In this document: positions 1 to 9,861 of the stretch, one piece after another
Position numbering within the stretch: position 1 is the first letter of the stretch
Layout of the letters: each line of letters opens with the position of its first letter
Source: an uncultured bacterium
GTDB taxonomy: Bacteria > Verrucomicrobiota > Verrucomicrobiia > Limisphaerales > UBA8199
Length of the DNA: 64,000 nt
Assembly (NCBI GenBank): GCA_963749495.1
Contig: CAVVMW010000023.1
Coordinates: forward strand, 768,001-832,000
Reading direction: 5' to 3'
Translations under genes and position numbers: made by a program
The notes under the pieces: generated by a model
What the model saw: the letters and a program-made list of their open reading frames with translations, nothing else
What the model was told of the DNA's origin: nothing
Databases searched by the model: none

Positions 1-1620
1 GATGCGGTTAGCGTCTTCCTCGCTGCGGGTGAGCATCAGTTCGTTGAAGAACGGGACAGCGAAGACGGGCAGGCAAGCCGTGGGAGAGTTTTGGAGTTCC
101 TTGTAGGCCCACTCGAAGAGGGCCTGGATGTTGCGATAGGGGTGGGTTTCGGGGAATCGCCACTGGAACTGGCGGATGACCTTGAGGCCGTCGCGGGTGG
201 TGATGGAAACTCGAAATTGCAGTCCGGGTTCGGAGGCGCGGGCGGAGCGGTACTCCATGTCGTTACCCGGGGTGAGCGGGCAGAGGGTCGAGCGGACGTC
301 CACGGACTGTTCGCCAGCGGGAGCAACGCCCGAAATGCGGAGGTTGCTCTGAAGCAGATCGTCCAGGCCGCCGATGCACTTCTGGAGCAGGCGACGGGCG
401 TTGTCGCGCATGGTCTCCTTGTCTTCACCGTCACAGTCGTGGCGGAAGCAGGAAGCGGCTATGGAGATGCTTGAAATGGCTTCCTCGGCAAGGAGATTGG
501 CGTCGTCCGCCTGTTCCTTGAAGGCGCGGAGGGTGGTCCAAACGGCCTCCAGGACGACTTCGAGAGGCGAGCCGGAGAGTTTCTTGATGCGCTCGGTTTT
601 GTCGGGATCGGGATCCTCCTTCTTCTTTTTGGCTTTGAGGATCTGATCGCGGATGAAGACGAAATTCGCGCCGAGGAGCTGGTCGGCGGAGGACTGGTCC
701 CGCTGGTCGATGAACCTGATCAGACCGGCTACGAGGTCCGGCGCGTCGGCGTAGGGACCGAGGTCCTCTTTTTCAACGGTGATTTCGCCCTGGTTGAACT
801 GTTCGGAGAAAGTGGCGACGGACTTGAGGGCCTTCTTCCGTTTGGCCTCATCAATGTAGTCATGGTAGCCAAAGAAGGTGATGGCGTCATTGATGTAACC
901 TTCGAGGGCTTTGGGCTTGGTGATTTGGGGCAGATTGCGCAGGAGTGGGAGGCCGACGGAAAAAAGGTTGCGGCCCATTGCGCGGAGGACATCACGACCG
1001 TCCTGAGCAGCGGAGAGATTGAGGCCTTCCAGGAAAGAACTGACGCGGACCAGATCCATTACCTGGCAGGCCTGGAGCGTCTGGAGAAAGAGATCGATCT
1101 GCTCCAAGTGTTCCTCCTCGCAGGCGATGTGTTTATCAGAGAGCCAGGGTTTCAGCCAGGATTCGAAACTGGCGTCCATATGCTGACTCCAAATGACCTT
1201 GCGGTCCACGAGGTAGAAATCTTCAAGGCCGGCCTGGTCGGTTACCTGATCCACGCCGACCAGGAGGATGAGGACGAGGCGGCCGGGGGAAAGGGAGACG
1301 ATGTTGCGATAGCTGGTGATGTGGTTTTTGGCATCCCACCAATCCTTGGATTTGACGAACTCAAAATCCTGGCGGATGGCGGGGTCCGGGCTGGCAGCCC
1401 ACTGGTTGCCGAGCTGGTGGGCGATTTTGAAATGGTAATCAACTCTGGTTCCCGGCACCGCGAGGAAGTCAGCCAGGCTGGAGCAGACGGCCCGGACCAC
1501 GGGGGCGGGCAGAGATTGGAGGACGACGCGGATGGAGCGACCAGAGGCATCGTCGCGTTCGACGGCCAGTTCGACGTGGCGTCGGATGAGGTCGGTGATA
1601 GAAGAGGCGAGCCATTTCAT
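1..1620 (-). CDS. SspH/DptH-like large protein, N-terminal ~540 aa, runs off the window edge
   Basis: ATG at 1620 (MKWLASSITDLIRRHVE...ITSYRN...LVGVDQVTDQAGLEDF...). No stop in the stretches translated, and absent from the ORF track, consistent with being open to base 1. Third gene after the F-like and G-like genes. The expected ATPase domain would lie outside the window. Confidence 0.65.
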   Translation of the reverse strand, partial: MKWLASSITDLIRRHVELAVERDDASGRSIRVVLQSLPAPVVRAVCSSLADFLAVPGTRVDYHFKIAHQLGNQWAASPDPAIRQDFEFVKSKDWWDAKNHITSYRNIVSLSPGRLVLILLVGVDQVTDQAGLEDFYLVDRKVIWSQHMDASFESWLKPWLSDKHIACEEEHLEQIDLFLQTLQACQVMDLVRVSSFLEGLNLSAAQDGRDVLRAMGRNLFSVGLPLLRNLPQITKPKALEGYINDAITFFGYHDYIDEAKRKKALKSVATFSEQFNQGEITVEKEDLGPYADAPDLVAGLIRFIDQRDQSSADQLLGANFVFIRDQILKAKKKKEDPDPDKTERIKKLSGSPLEVVLEAVWTTLRAFKEQADDANLLAEEAISSISIAASCFRHDCDGEDKETMRDNARRLLQKCIGGLDDLLQSNLRISGVAPAGEQSVDVRSTLCPLTPGNDMEYRSARASEPGLQFRVSITTRDGLKVIRQFQWRFPETHPYRNIQALFEWAYKELQNSPTACLPVFAVPFFNELMLTRSEEDANRI

Positions 1621-1635
1621 GGTAGGAATCTCCGG

Positions 1636-3264
1636 CTAATGCGTATTCTGGGCGGTAACGACGTCGCCATCGAATGGGTTATGGACCAGAGAGCAGGCGT
1701 CCGAAAGGTGGATGAGGAAGCCGGCGGTGCGGAGCATTTCCTCGAACCAGGCAGCGGAGGAACTGATAGCGTCCTCAAGGGGAGTGAGGTCAGACCAACG
1801 GCAGGCTTGCTTCAACTGGCCGCCCGAGATGGCGATACCGTAGTGGGCGTAGAGCACGGACCTGAAGGAATCCAAGGTGCATTTCTGGCCAGGCCGGACG
1901 AGGGCGAGGACGAGGTAGCGGAGGATCTTGTCGTTGAGGGTAAAGTGAGCACCGGGTCCGCGCTGGGGCACAATGAGGCCAATCTTTTTGCCCAAAGAAA
2001 GCAGGAGCTTGTGGCCGTATCGGCGGTCGGCCTCGGCGTAGTCCTTGTCGTCGGCCACCTGACGGATGTCGTCGTGGCGCAGGGCGGAATAAATCAGATT
2101 CTGGACGGCCATGAGATTGCGTTCGGAGAGTTTCCAGGATGCGCGGTCGCGTTGGGAGGGGCTGGCGATTATCCAGGCAAAAGAGAGGGGGCCGCCGTTG
2201 GTTTTCCGATCCTGGTCCAAGGTGAGGTCGTAACGGGCGCTTTGGGCGCACAGGCTGCGGAGAACCTGGAGGGCACAGCCGACGGAGAGAAGCTCGACGC
2301 GTTCGATGGGGTCGATATTGGCGCGGCAGAGCCGGGCAATTTCGACGGCGAAGAGATAGCCTTCGCGCCACGATTCTTCCGGGCACCAACCGCATTCGGC
2401 CGCGTTGCGGTTGTCCGTGTAGGCTGCGGTGCTGGCATCAAGCTGGTCAATCCATGAGGCCAGTTCCTGGATGCCGCGTGGACATTGGTTGGTGATGGAT
2501 GGCAGGGCGCCGGAAAGGTGTTGGTGAAGGGATGATGGTGCCGCTTCAGGGCCGGAAAAGCCGAACTGGGATTGGTTGACCCAGGCAGCGACGGTGGCGT
2601 CTGATTGACGGAGAGCGTTACATATCTGCAGGTAGATCAACTCTCCGCCTCGAGCCAGGAAGCGGTGCTTTGAGATGCTGAAGTATGTTGATAGGTGTTG
2701 CAGCGCATCGTCCCATGACAGGTTGTCCGCGGCGTTGGCCTGTGTCTCATTCCACAGGGTTTCGCCTGCCAGGACGCCGGGCGACACCGGCATGAAGGTT
2801 TGTGCGCACCAGGTGCGGCTGAGGCCGGCGCCTTGGAACCCCTGGAACAAGTTTTCCAACCCGCGTAGAACGTCATCTTTGGAGACACCATTGGCGGTTT
2901 CCATTTTGCTCTTCATATCGAGGAGCAACTGTTTGTAGTGCTGCCGGTGGCTGGCGTGGCGGGTGTCCAGCTTGGAACTGCCGAGAAAGGCAAAGAGCTT
3001 CAGGTTGAGTCGCATTTTGGGCCGGTAGCAGAGTGGGGTATTGGGCGGCCAGCTAAGGAGTTGATCGCGTGACGGCACGAGAGGACCATCGCCTAGATCC
3101 GATTGTCCAATGAGTTTCTTGGAATGCAAGACGAGTAAGAACTCGGCTAGCAGCTCCAAAGCAGTTTGGTCCGCAAAGAATCGGCGGCCGAACAGAACAA
3201 TCGCGGGATTGCGATCTTGATCCTCCGTATCGAGGGTGAGGTTCGGGAATGGTGTTGGAATCAT
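1636..3264 (-). CDS. SspG/DptG-like phosphorothioation-associated restriction subunit (542 aa)
   Basis: Start overlaps the stop of the F-like gene. C-terminal LYAHYGIAIS...FEEMLRTAGFLIHLSDACSLVHNPF resembles the DptG-family terminus. Position in the operon. Confidence 0.7.
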   Translation of the reverse strand: MIPTPFPNLTLDTEDQDRNPAIVLFGRRFFADQTALELLAEFLLVLHSKKLIGQSDLGDGPLVPSRDQLLSWPPNTPLCYRPKMRLNLKLFAFLGSSKLDTRHASHRQHYKQLLLDMKSKMETANGVSKDDVLRGLENLFQGFQGAGLSRTWCAQTFMPVSPGVLAGETLWNETQANAADNLSWDDALQHLSTYFSISKHRFLARGGELIYLQICNALRQSDATVAAWVNQSQFGFSGPEAAPSSLHQHLSGALPSITNQCPRGIQELASWIDQLDASTAAYTDNRNAAECGWCPEESWREGYLFAVEIARLCRANIDPIERVELLSVGCALQVLRSLCAQSARYDLTLDQDRKTNGGPLSFAWIIASPSQRDRASWKLSERNLMAVQNLIYSALRHDDIRQVADDKDYAEADRRYGHKLLLSLGKKIGLIVPQRGPGAHFTLNDKILRYLVLALVRPGQKCTLDSFRSVLYAHYGIAISGGQLKQACRWSDLTPLEDAISSSAAWFEEMLRTAGFLIHLSDACSLVHNPFDGDVVTAQNTH

Positions 3265-5177
3265 AAGACCTCGAGGACGCCGTTATTGAGTGCGAATTTC
3301 TGGGTGGCGAAGCGGTGATTGGTCTGAAGGCGGACGAGCATCACGTCCTGTTCGGCGGAAGCTTTATAGGCATTCAGAAGCTGGGCTTTGAAGCGTTCGA
3401 GGCGGTCGAGGTAGCCGGCCTGGATGGAGCTGGCGATGTCGCCGGTATGGCGCTGGATGACGAAGTTGAGGAACGGGAGCTCCAATTTGAGGAGGGCGCT
3501 GGAGCGGGATTCGGTCAGCAGGAGATCGGATCGGCGGGAAACGCCGGGCCAGGCCTTTTCGTTGAGGGCGAGTTTGAAATCGCTGCGATTGAGGCGAGCA
3601 AGGACGACCTGGGCGCTTTGGCGGATGTCGTGGCCGTGGCGGGTGAGGGTGATGTAGAGATTGTCGTCCAGGGAAGAGCCTTCTTCCGGGAGGTGGAGGC
3701 CGGCGAAGTGCTCCTGGAGGACATGCAGGACGTTCTTGAGAAGGCGGTCGCGGTCAATGTTGCTGAGCTGGGCGCCTTGTTTTTGCCAGGCGGCGTACTC
3801 TGGCAGCATACGAGAGTTGAGGAAGGCGGCGACATATTCGCGGGCGATTTCAGGCAGTTGGAAACTGCCGAAGAAAAAGAGCAGGCGGCGGAGTTGGGCG
3901 CGGCCCTGAGAAGGGTGAAGGCCTTCGGCTTCAGCAAGTTTGCGACCGAGTTGGCGGAGGCTGGCGAAGACGGTCTTAAGGTTATCGGGGACGGCGGGCA
4001 GGGGTTCGTCCTCGCCACGCATCCAGAGTTTACGTTCCAAGCTTGGAACGAGGTGGCGTCCCGCACCGATGGTGCGGAGGACGCGAACGGCTTTAAGTTG
4101 GAGAGCGCGGTCGTCAAATCCGGTGGCACCTTCGCCCCAGAAACGATTGAAGAAGAGGAAATCGGTGATGGGGCGGGAGATGGGGTGGAGGGACTGGCCG
4201 GAGACATCCTGGCAGGTGAGTCCAGAGGTGATGGCATAAGCGAGGTGGGCTGTGGTCTGGCGGAGAGTGAGGCGGTCGCCATACTCGAAGAGGCGGCGAT
4301 AGACCAAGCCGACCCGTTCGCGGATAGTGGCCCAATTGTTCCGCAGCAAGGCGACGTTGCGGAAGACAGGGCAGGCGTAGCGGCAGGACTGGGTGGCACA
4401 CGATTCCCATGGTTTTTCGTCCACCATGCGCTGGAAGATGTTGAGAGTGGCATTCAGGTTATCCACCTGAACGAGGTTGACCACATCAAAGGCTCCTGAC
4501 GAGAGGGAGAACTGCGAGGGGGGCTTGACGGAGAGGGCATCAAGGAGGGTGTTCTCCAGGTCGGGCCACTGACAGGGTTGGTCCTCGAGCATCTCCTTGA
4601 AGGTGGCAAGGAGGGTGCCGGTGTTGGAAATGATGAAGAAACGCTCGGAGTTGGCGGAGCAGGCGCGGGTGAGGACGCGGAGGCGGTCGAGCGCGGGGAG
4701 CTCGCTCATATCCTTCACCAGCGTAATGCGAGGCTGGCTGGGAAGGTGAATTTCCTCGACGGGTTGAAGGGGTTGGGAGAGGGGCTTGTCCATCGCCAGA
4801 GCCTTCAGGGACTTAAAGAGTTCGAGACCGATGGTGGATTTGCCGTCGCCAGCGTGGCCGGTGAGGATGACATGGCGGCGGTCCTTGCCGGTGAGCTGTT
4901 TGCGGGCGTAATCGGCGACGGCCGAGGGGACATGGATCAAACCAAAGAAGGGGTTAAGGGCCTGGGTTTCGGCGAGGGAATTTTCGTTGGACCCCGTCGT
5001 ATTCTGCAAGGAGTTGAGGTAGGCGAGGAAAGGGTTGCCCGGGACAGGCTCGATGCCGAAGGTGACTTCGGGGATAGGGGTCTCAGGGCGGGTGGGTAGT
5101 GGGGCCGGAGCGGGAGCGGGAGTACCGAGCTTCGACCCAGGCCTGAGTGAGGCCACGCAGCATTTCGTCAGCGTCAC
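3261..5177 (-). CDS. SspF/DptF-like P-loop NTPase, probably the C-terminal part of a frameshifted fusion with 5083..7824
   Basis: Walker A VILTGHAGDGKST, then VKDMSE, NTGTLL and a Cys cluster (CATQSCRYACP). It opens with a Pro-rich linker and only a weak GTG start. Confidence 0.75.
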   Translation of the reverse strand: MTLTKCCVASLRPGSKLGTPAPAPAPLPTRPETPIPEVTFGIEPVPGNPFLAYLNSLQNTTGSNENSLAETQALNPFFGLIHVPSAVADYARKQLTGKDRRHVILTGHAGDGKSTIGLELFKSLKALAMDKPLSQPLQPVEEIHLPSQPRITLVKDMSELPALDRLRVLTRACSANSERFFIISNTGTLLATFKEMLEDQPCQWPDLENTLLDALSVKPPSQFSLSSGAFDVVNLVQVDNLNATLNIFQRMVDEKPWESCATQSCRYACPVFRNVALLRNNWATIRERVGLVYRRLFEYGDRLTLRQTTAHLAYAITSGLTCQDVSGQSLHPISRPITDFLFFNRFWGEGATGFDDRALQLKAVRVLRTIGAGRHLVPSLERKLWMRGEDEPLPAVPDNLKTVFASLRQLGRKLAEAEGLHPSQGRAQLRRLLFFFGSFQLPEIAREYVAAFLNSRMLPEYAAWQKQGAQLSNIDRDRLLKNVLHVLQEHFAGLHLPEEGSSLDDNLYITLTRHGHDIRQSAQVVLARLNRSDFKLALNEKAWPGVSRRSDLLLTESRSSALLKLELPFLNFVIQRHTGDIASSIQAGYLDRLERFKAQLLNAYKASAEQDVMLVRLQTNHRFATQKFALNNGVLEVL

Positions 5178-7824
5178 TGAAGCGCTGGGGCTTTGTGGTA
5201 GCTACGGCATGGACGAGCCAATCGTGAATGGGAGAGGGGACGGGTTCGGAGCGCAAGCCGGCGACGTCGCGGCAGGCAGCGCCGACCACGGGAGTTTCGT
5301 ACGGCCTGAGTCCGTAGAACCATTCGAAGAGGGTGGTTCCCAGCGCAAAGAGATCGCCACTGGGACAGAACTCCAGGTCAGCGCCGTTGCGGAGGTCGGG
5401 GGCAACGTAGCCCTCGGTGCCGACATAAGTGGCAACGCCGGGCGGGGAGGCGACGCCGAAGTCAATGAGGACGGGGTGATTGGCGGCGCGGAGCAGGACG
5501 TTATCGGGCTTGATGTCATTATGCAGCACGGGGGCCGGGTGGCCGTCCGCTTTGCGGCCGTGGAGCTGGGCCAAAGCCTGGAGGAGAGCTTGAGCGACCT
5601 CGATGAAGCGGTCCTGGGTCGGATGTTTGCCTTCGCGGATTTCGTTGCGCAGCGAGGGGCCCTCGATGAGGTTTTGAACGAGGAAGAAGCGCTCATTTTT
5701 CCAATGGCCGAGGGACTCGACGCGGACGGCGTAGGGGGAATTGATGGCTTGAGCGGCGCTCAGCTCGGCGCGAGCGCGGTCCTGGGAAACATCGGCATTG
5801 AAGACCTTAAGGGCGACGCGCTCTTGCTGCGAGCCGCGGATGGCGCGATAGATCTGGGCGTGGCCGCCCTGGGCGTGCAGGGCTTCGATCTCGAACAGGT
5901 CATGAGTTTCTCCGGGGCTGAGTTGCCGGTTGGGTAAGAGGGGAGCGGGGGCAGCCGGTTTGGCGGGGGCAAGCAATTCAAGGACCTGCTCAACCCGCTG
6001 AAAGCGTTTTTCAGGTGCGGTTTGGACCAGGGCATGGACGATTTGGCGGGCGAGATCCGGAATAGGCGGGGCCAAGAGGTCAAGCTGGCGTGGCGGCAAC
6101 TGCCCGCCGGTGGCAGCGAGGTCTGCGGAAGCGCTGAAGGGCGGATGACCGGTCAGCAGCTCGAAGAGAATTACGCCAACGCTAAAGAGATCGGTTGCCT
6201 CGCTGGGTTCCTGTTTGAGGAACACCTCAGGAGCGGTGTAGGGATTGGGTTTGATGACGGAGGCATCAGGGATGACGGTGACGTGGTTTTCTTCGAGCTG
6301 GTAGGCGAGGTCGAAATTCATCAGGCGAGGAATGGCTCCGCAGATGAGGACATTTTCAGGTTTGAGCATCCGGTGAATGACCGCTTGCTGATGCACGACC
6401 GCCAAGCCGGCCAGGATGCCATGCACCAAGGGCAGGGCTTGCTCCCAAGGCATGCCCCGGGGAAAGTGATCGAGCAGGTCGGCGAGAGTGCCTTCCTCGG
6501 ACCATTCGGAGCCCTCAATGACTTGGCCGCATTCGTGAGGGACGCTCCAGACGCGCAAGAGGTTGGGGTGCTCGCCGGCTTTGGCGAGGGCGTCCAAGGT
6601 GTTATTAGCTTTCCGCAGGAAGCGCTCGCGCTCGGCGGGCGGGGCTTTGAGGGGCGGGGAGAAAATGCGAAATCGCTGGAGATTACGGCGTCTTCCGGTG
6701 GTGGAGCGGACGATCAATTCGATGAGGTCTTCACGCTGAGTGAGGCGGTCAACGACTTCATAGCCGGGGAAATTGTAGCCTTTAATGCGATCGAGAACGC
6801 GGAGGCTTTCGAACTTCGCGGCGACAGCCTTGATTTGTTCCGGGCTGAGTGTGCGACTGGCGTATTGGGCCTGTCGGTATCTGAGAAAATCCATGAAGCG
6901 GTGAATGCCCGCGAAGGTGGGATTATGCTGGTCGGTATTGGTTGATGAGGCATTGACGACGGCGGCTTCCGGGTTGGTCAGCACCACTACGGACTCGAAC
7001 CAGAGGTCGGGAAGCGTGGGGAAGGCATGGCGATAGATGCCGCGGAGGATCTTGGATTTGAAGCGATTACTGGCGTGCGGGTCGGGGCGATACTGGGAAC
7101 CATTTATACGCCAAGTGCGAGCGCCTACTTCGATGCAACCAGTCCAATGTTTTAGCTCGGTGACAAAGATGCCGAAACCGCATATTGCGATTAGGTCGCA
7201 CTCGTAGTAATCGTTGGTCGCACGGTCGTAAACCTCGAGTGTTGGGATGCCGTCTCCTAGGGTTGCCGATTGAAGGAGGCTGCATATGGCTCTGAGGCTT
7301 TCTGCCTCATGGGGGAAGCGGCTAATGCTCCCGCCTGCGGCAGGGGACATCTCTGATGGCTGCGAGCCGACCGTGTTGCGTCCTGCAACCCAGCGCTGCA
7401 GAATGGCTTCCGCAGTTGTGAGGACGTAATCCAACTGTTTTCCTTCGGTGAGCTCTTCATAGAGGTCCTCGTCCAGGTAGGCGTGTGAGACAAGCCGGGC
7501 TAGGGCGCCCGGGCCGCCAACTGATTCCGTCCGAGCGAGCTCGGTTTCCATACCTGGGAGAGGAGCAAGTTTCCAGAACCCGGTGGTCCGTAGATGAAAA
7601 AATGGAGCAAGAGGCCTGTCTCTGTTGGTAGAAGCCGCGTACTTAACAAAGAGTGTGGAGAATAGCTGGCGGAAAGTGGTGTCAAAGAATATTCTGTTAT
7701 CCCTTAGCCTCCCCTGCTTCAACCCCGTGAGCACGGCCAAAACGGCCAGTAATCTGTGAGGCTTCGTTGTCGCAGGGTCGTTGGCGAGATCAGTCACATC
7801 CTTCAGGAACTCATTGGTAGTCAT
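5083..7824 (-). CDS. SBD (sulfur-binding domain)-NERD-pseudokinase-Ser/Thr kinase protein, PglW-like core
   Basis: N-terminal KPHRLLAVLAV...PFFHLRTTGFWKL (SBD-like). YYECDLIAI..GIFVTELKHWTG (NERD). Kinase 1 is degenerate (HRMLKPEN, NFD). Kinase 2 is intact (VALK, HNDIKPDN, DFG, GTEGYVAP). Confidence 0.85.
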   Translation of the reverse strand: MTTNEFLKDVTDLANDPATTKPHRLLAVLAVLTGLKQGRLRDNRIFFDTTFRQLFSTLFVKYAASTNRDRPLAPFFHLRTTGFWKLAPLPGMETELARTESVGGPGALARLVSHAYLDEDLYEELTEGKQLDYVLTTAEAILQRWVAGRNTVGSQPSEMSPAAGGSISRFPHEAESLRAICSLLQSATLGDGIPTLEVYDRATNDYYECDLIAICGFGIFVTELKHWTGCIEVGARTWRINGSQYRPDPHASNRFKSKILRGIYRHAFPTLPDLWFESVVVLTNPEAAVVNASSTNTDQHNPTFAGIHRFMDFLRYRQAQYASRTLSPEQIKAVAAKFESLRVLDRIKGYNFPGYEVVDRLTQREDLIELIVRSTTGRRRNLQRFRIFSPPLKAPPAERERFLRKANNTLDALAKAGEHPNLLRVWSVPHECGQVIEGSEWSEEGTLADLLDHFPRGMPWEQALPLVHGILAGLAVVHQQAVIHRMLKPENVLICGAIPRLMNFDLAYQLEENHVTVIPDASVIKPNPYTAPEVFLKQEPSEATDLFSVGVILFELLTGHPPFSASADLAATGGQLPPRQLDLLAPPIPDLARQIVHALVQTAPEKRFQRVEQVLELLAPAKPAAPAPLLPNRQLSPGETHDLFEIEALHAQGGHAQIYRAIRGSQQERVALKVFNADVSQDRARAELSAAQAINSPYAVRVESLGHWKNERFFLVQNLIEGPSLRNEIREGKHPTQDRFIEVAQALLQALAQLHGRKADGHPAPVLHNDIKPDNVLLRAANHPVLIDFGVASPPGVATYVGTEGYVAPDLRNGADLEFCPSGDLFALGTTLFEWFYGLRPYETPVVGAACRDVAGLRSEPVPSPIHDWLVHAVATTKPQRFSDADEMLRGLTQAWVEARYSRSRSGPTTHPP

Positions 7825-9003
7825 CGAAAGTTTCCTTTGGCTTCAGGAGCCTGGTCGGGGTCACGGGCTAAGGTCGCGATGGTTGCGAGGACCTGCTGGC
7901 AGGCGGAATCAATTTCACCCTGGGTATTGTTTCGCCCAATTCCGAATCGAACCGTGCATCGGGCGTCCTCGCGGGAGAGCCCTAGGGCCAGTAAAACGTG
8001 GGAGGGAGAAACGGTGCCGTCGCTACAGGCAGAACCCCCGCTAAAGCATACGCTCGGCGTGTTGGCGATCAAGGCGTCGGCTTGCATGCCGGGAATTGTG
8101 ATATTAGTCGTGCCAGGGAGACGTTTGGAAAGGGATCCGTTGGCAGTTGCTCCGGGTATTTGGCTTAGCAGTGCGGCTTCAAGGCGGTTTCGGAGATCGG
8201 TGATGCGCTCGAACGTCCCGTGAGAGATCGCGGCGGGCGGCGGTGCATGCAGCAGCAAATCCGACGATGCCTGGAACATTGAGTGTACCTGCTCGAAGAG
8301 CACCCTCTTGCGCCCCTCCCCTCAGTAGAGGGACAACGAATCGCCGGGGATTGCCCTGCCTTACGAAAAGGGCGCCGACCCCTTTTGGACCATAAAGCTT
8401 GTGGGCGCTGAAAGAGGCGAAATCCAGGCCGAGGCCGTAAACATCGAGAGGCTCTTTGCCCAAGAGTTGCGTAGCATCGCAGTGCATGTAAGCTCCGCAA
8501 GCGCGGACACGGTCCGAGATTTGCCGGATGGGCTGTATCGTCCCGATCTCATTATTCGCTGCTTGAACGGAAACGAGGAGGGTTGAGTCATCTAGGAATT
8601 CATCCAGGGAATCCAAGCGCGCAGCGCCGCTGTGTTCAACGCCGAGTTTCTGGATTGCGAAACCTAAGTCAGAGAGCCGTTCTGCGGGGGCGAGGACCGA
8701 TTTGTGTTCGATTGATAGCACGATGATTTTGCGTCGTTTATCGGCGGACCAGGCGCAGCTTGAAAGAACCTGGTTGTTGCTTTCGGTCGCCCCGCTCGTG
8801 AACAGGAGCTCCGAAGGGTCGCAACCGAGCTCGGCCGCAATCGTCTCTCTGGCTTTTGTGACGGCGACATGTGCCTGGCGCCCAAGCTGATGCACGCTTG
8901 AGGGATTGCCGGATTGGAGGGTGAAAAACGGGCCCATAGCCTCGACCGCTTCTGGCGCGCAGGGCGTCGTTGCGTTGTGGTCCAGATATATGGTATTTGG
9001 CAT
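7821..9003 (-). CDS. Cysteine desulfurase (IscS/DndA/SspA-like), frameshifted near 8215
   Basis: IYLDHNATTP, GNPSS, FTSGATESNN and SAHKLYGPKG in ORF 8179..9003. SGGSACS and SHVLLALG in ORF 7821..8303. Confidence 0.9.
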
Positions 9004-9027
9004 GGTGCGGTGCGAGCGGCCTCGGCT

Positions 9028-9861
9028 CTAGAGGTGGCAGACTAGGCAGCCCGCCGGATCGCTGGAAAAGACGTCCATGAGGGAGCTGTCGCATTTCGGT
9101 TTGTGGGTGGATTGCTGTCGGCGCTCATATTCGTCTTTGATCTGAGCGATTCGCTCTGGTTTGGCGAGCTCGGCGAGGCTCTCCCCCTGTACCCAGGTGT
9201 ACGAAATCCCTGTGACCGCATCTGTTTTCTCATACTCCATCGCTTTTTTAAAAAGGTCGGGGTGCTTCTCTAACAGTCCGACCCATTCGCGCCGTTGCTG
9301 GTAAAAGCAGAAGTAACACCCCGAGCGAGACCGCCACTCGTAATAGGAGGGAAGGCCGAGCTTTCTGTGCATTTTGAGAATGTGAAGTACGTCGGCGTGT
9401 TTGATCCCGTCTTCAATAAAGGGAAAACGGGCGGTTATGTTGGGTTTTGTGGAAATGTAGCCCTTGCGGTGTGGCTCGTCAGCCCGAATGCCAATGTAGC
9501 TTATGACGGGGTCATCGCCGACGTATTGTTCAAACGGTTTGATCTTAAGAGGCTCCGTACACCAGCGGACTTGCGGCGAAGGAAGATAGCCTTTTCTTCT
9601 TTCGAGAAGGTCGTCAAAATTGTACCCTTCAGCCTTTAGATGGACTATGGGCTTATTAAGAAAGACCTGAAGCTTCTTTAAGTAGTCATAAGTTTCGTCA
9701 AGCTCTTTGTCTGTGTCGCAGAAGACGTACTCCAATTCGGGAAGTTTGTCTCTCATGTAAAGGGCGAGAGCAGTGCTGTCCTTTCCTCCTGAAAGCGACA
9801 ATATATGCCTGGGAGGTTTGGCATCTGGTGCTGGTGCGTTCGGCGTTTGGGGTGCGCTCAT
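9028..9861 (-). CDS. sspD: PAPS reductase-family protein, SspD-like (277 aa)
   Basis: SLSGGKDS, RWCTEPLKIKP, GIRADE, RSRSGCYFCFYQ and terminal CLVCHL. ATG at 9861 lies just after the ATPase stop. Confidence 0.8.
   Translation of the reverse strand: MSAPQTPNAPAPDAKPPRHILSLSGGKDSTALALYMRDKLPELEYVFCDTDKELDETYDYLKKLQVFLNKPIVHLKAEGYNFDDLLERRKGYLPSPQVRWCTEPLKIKPFEQYVGDDPVISYIGIRADEPHRKGYISTKPNITARFPFIEDGIKHADVLHILKMHRKLGLPSYYEWRSRSGCYFCFYQQRREWVGLLEKHPDLFKKAMEYEKTDAVTGISYTWVQGESLAELAKPERIAQIKDEYERRQQSTHKPKCDSSLMDVFSSDPAGCLVCHL

Noticed and set aside
862..2457. 531-aa plus-strand ORF and similar long antisense ORFs (3315..4499, 13186..14787, 41763..43292, 56483..58147)
   Set aside because: Shadows of real genes on the opposite strand in high-GC DNA; no motifs.
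5083..7824. Complete BREX type 2 (Pgl) system
   Set aside because: Only the PglW-like core is present; no pglX, pglY or pglZ in the window, and the context is phosphorothioation genes.
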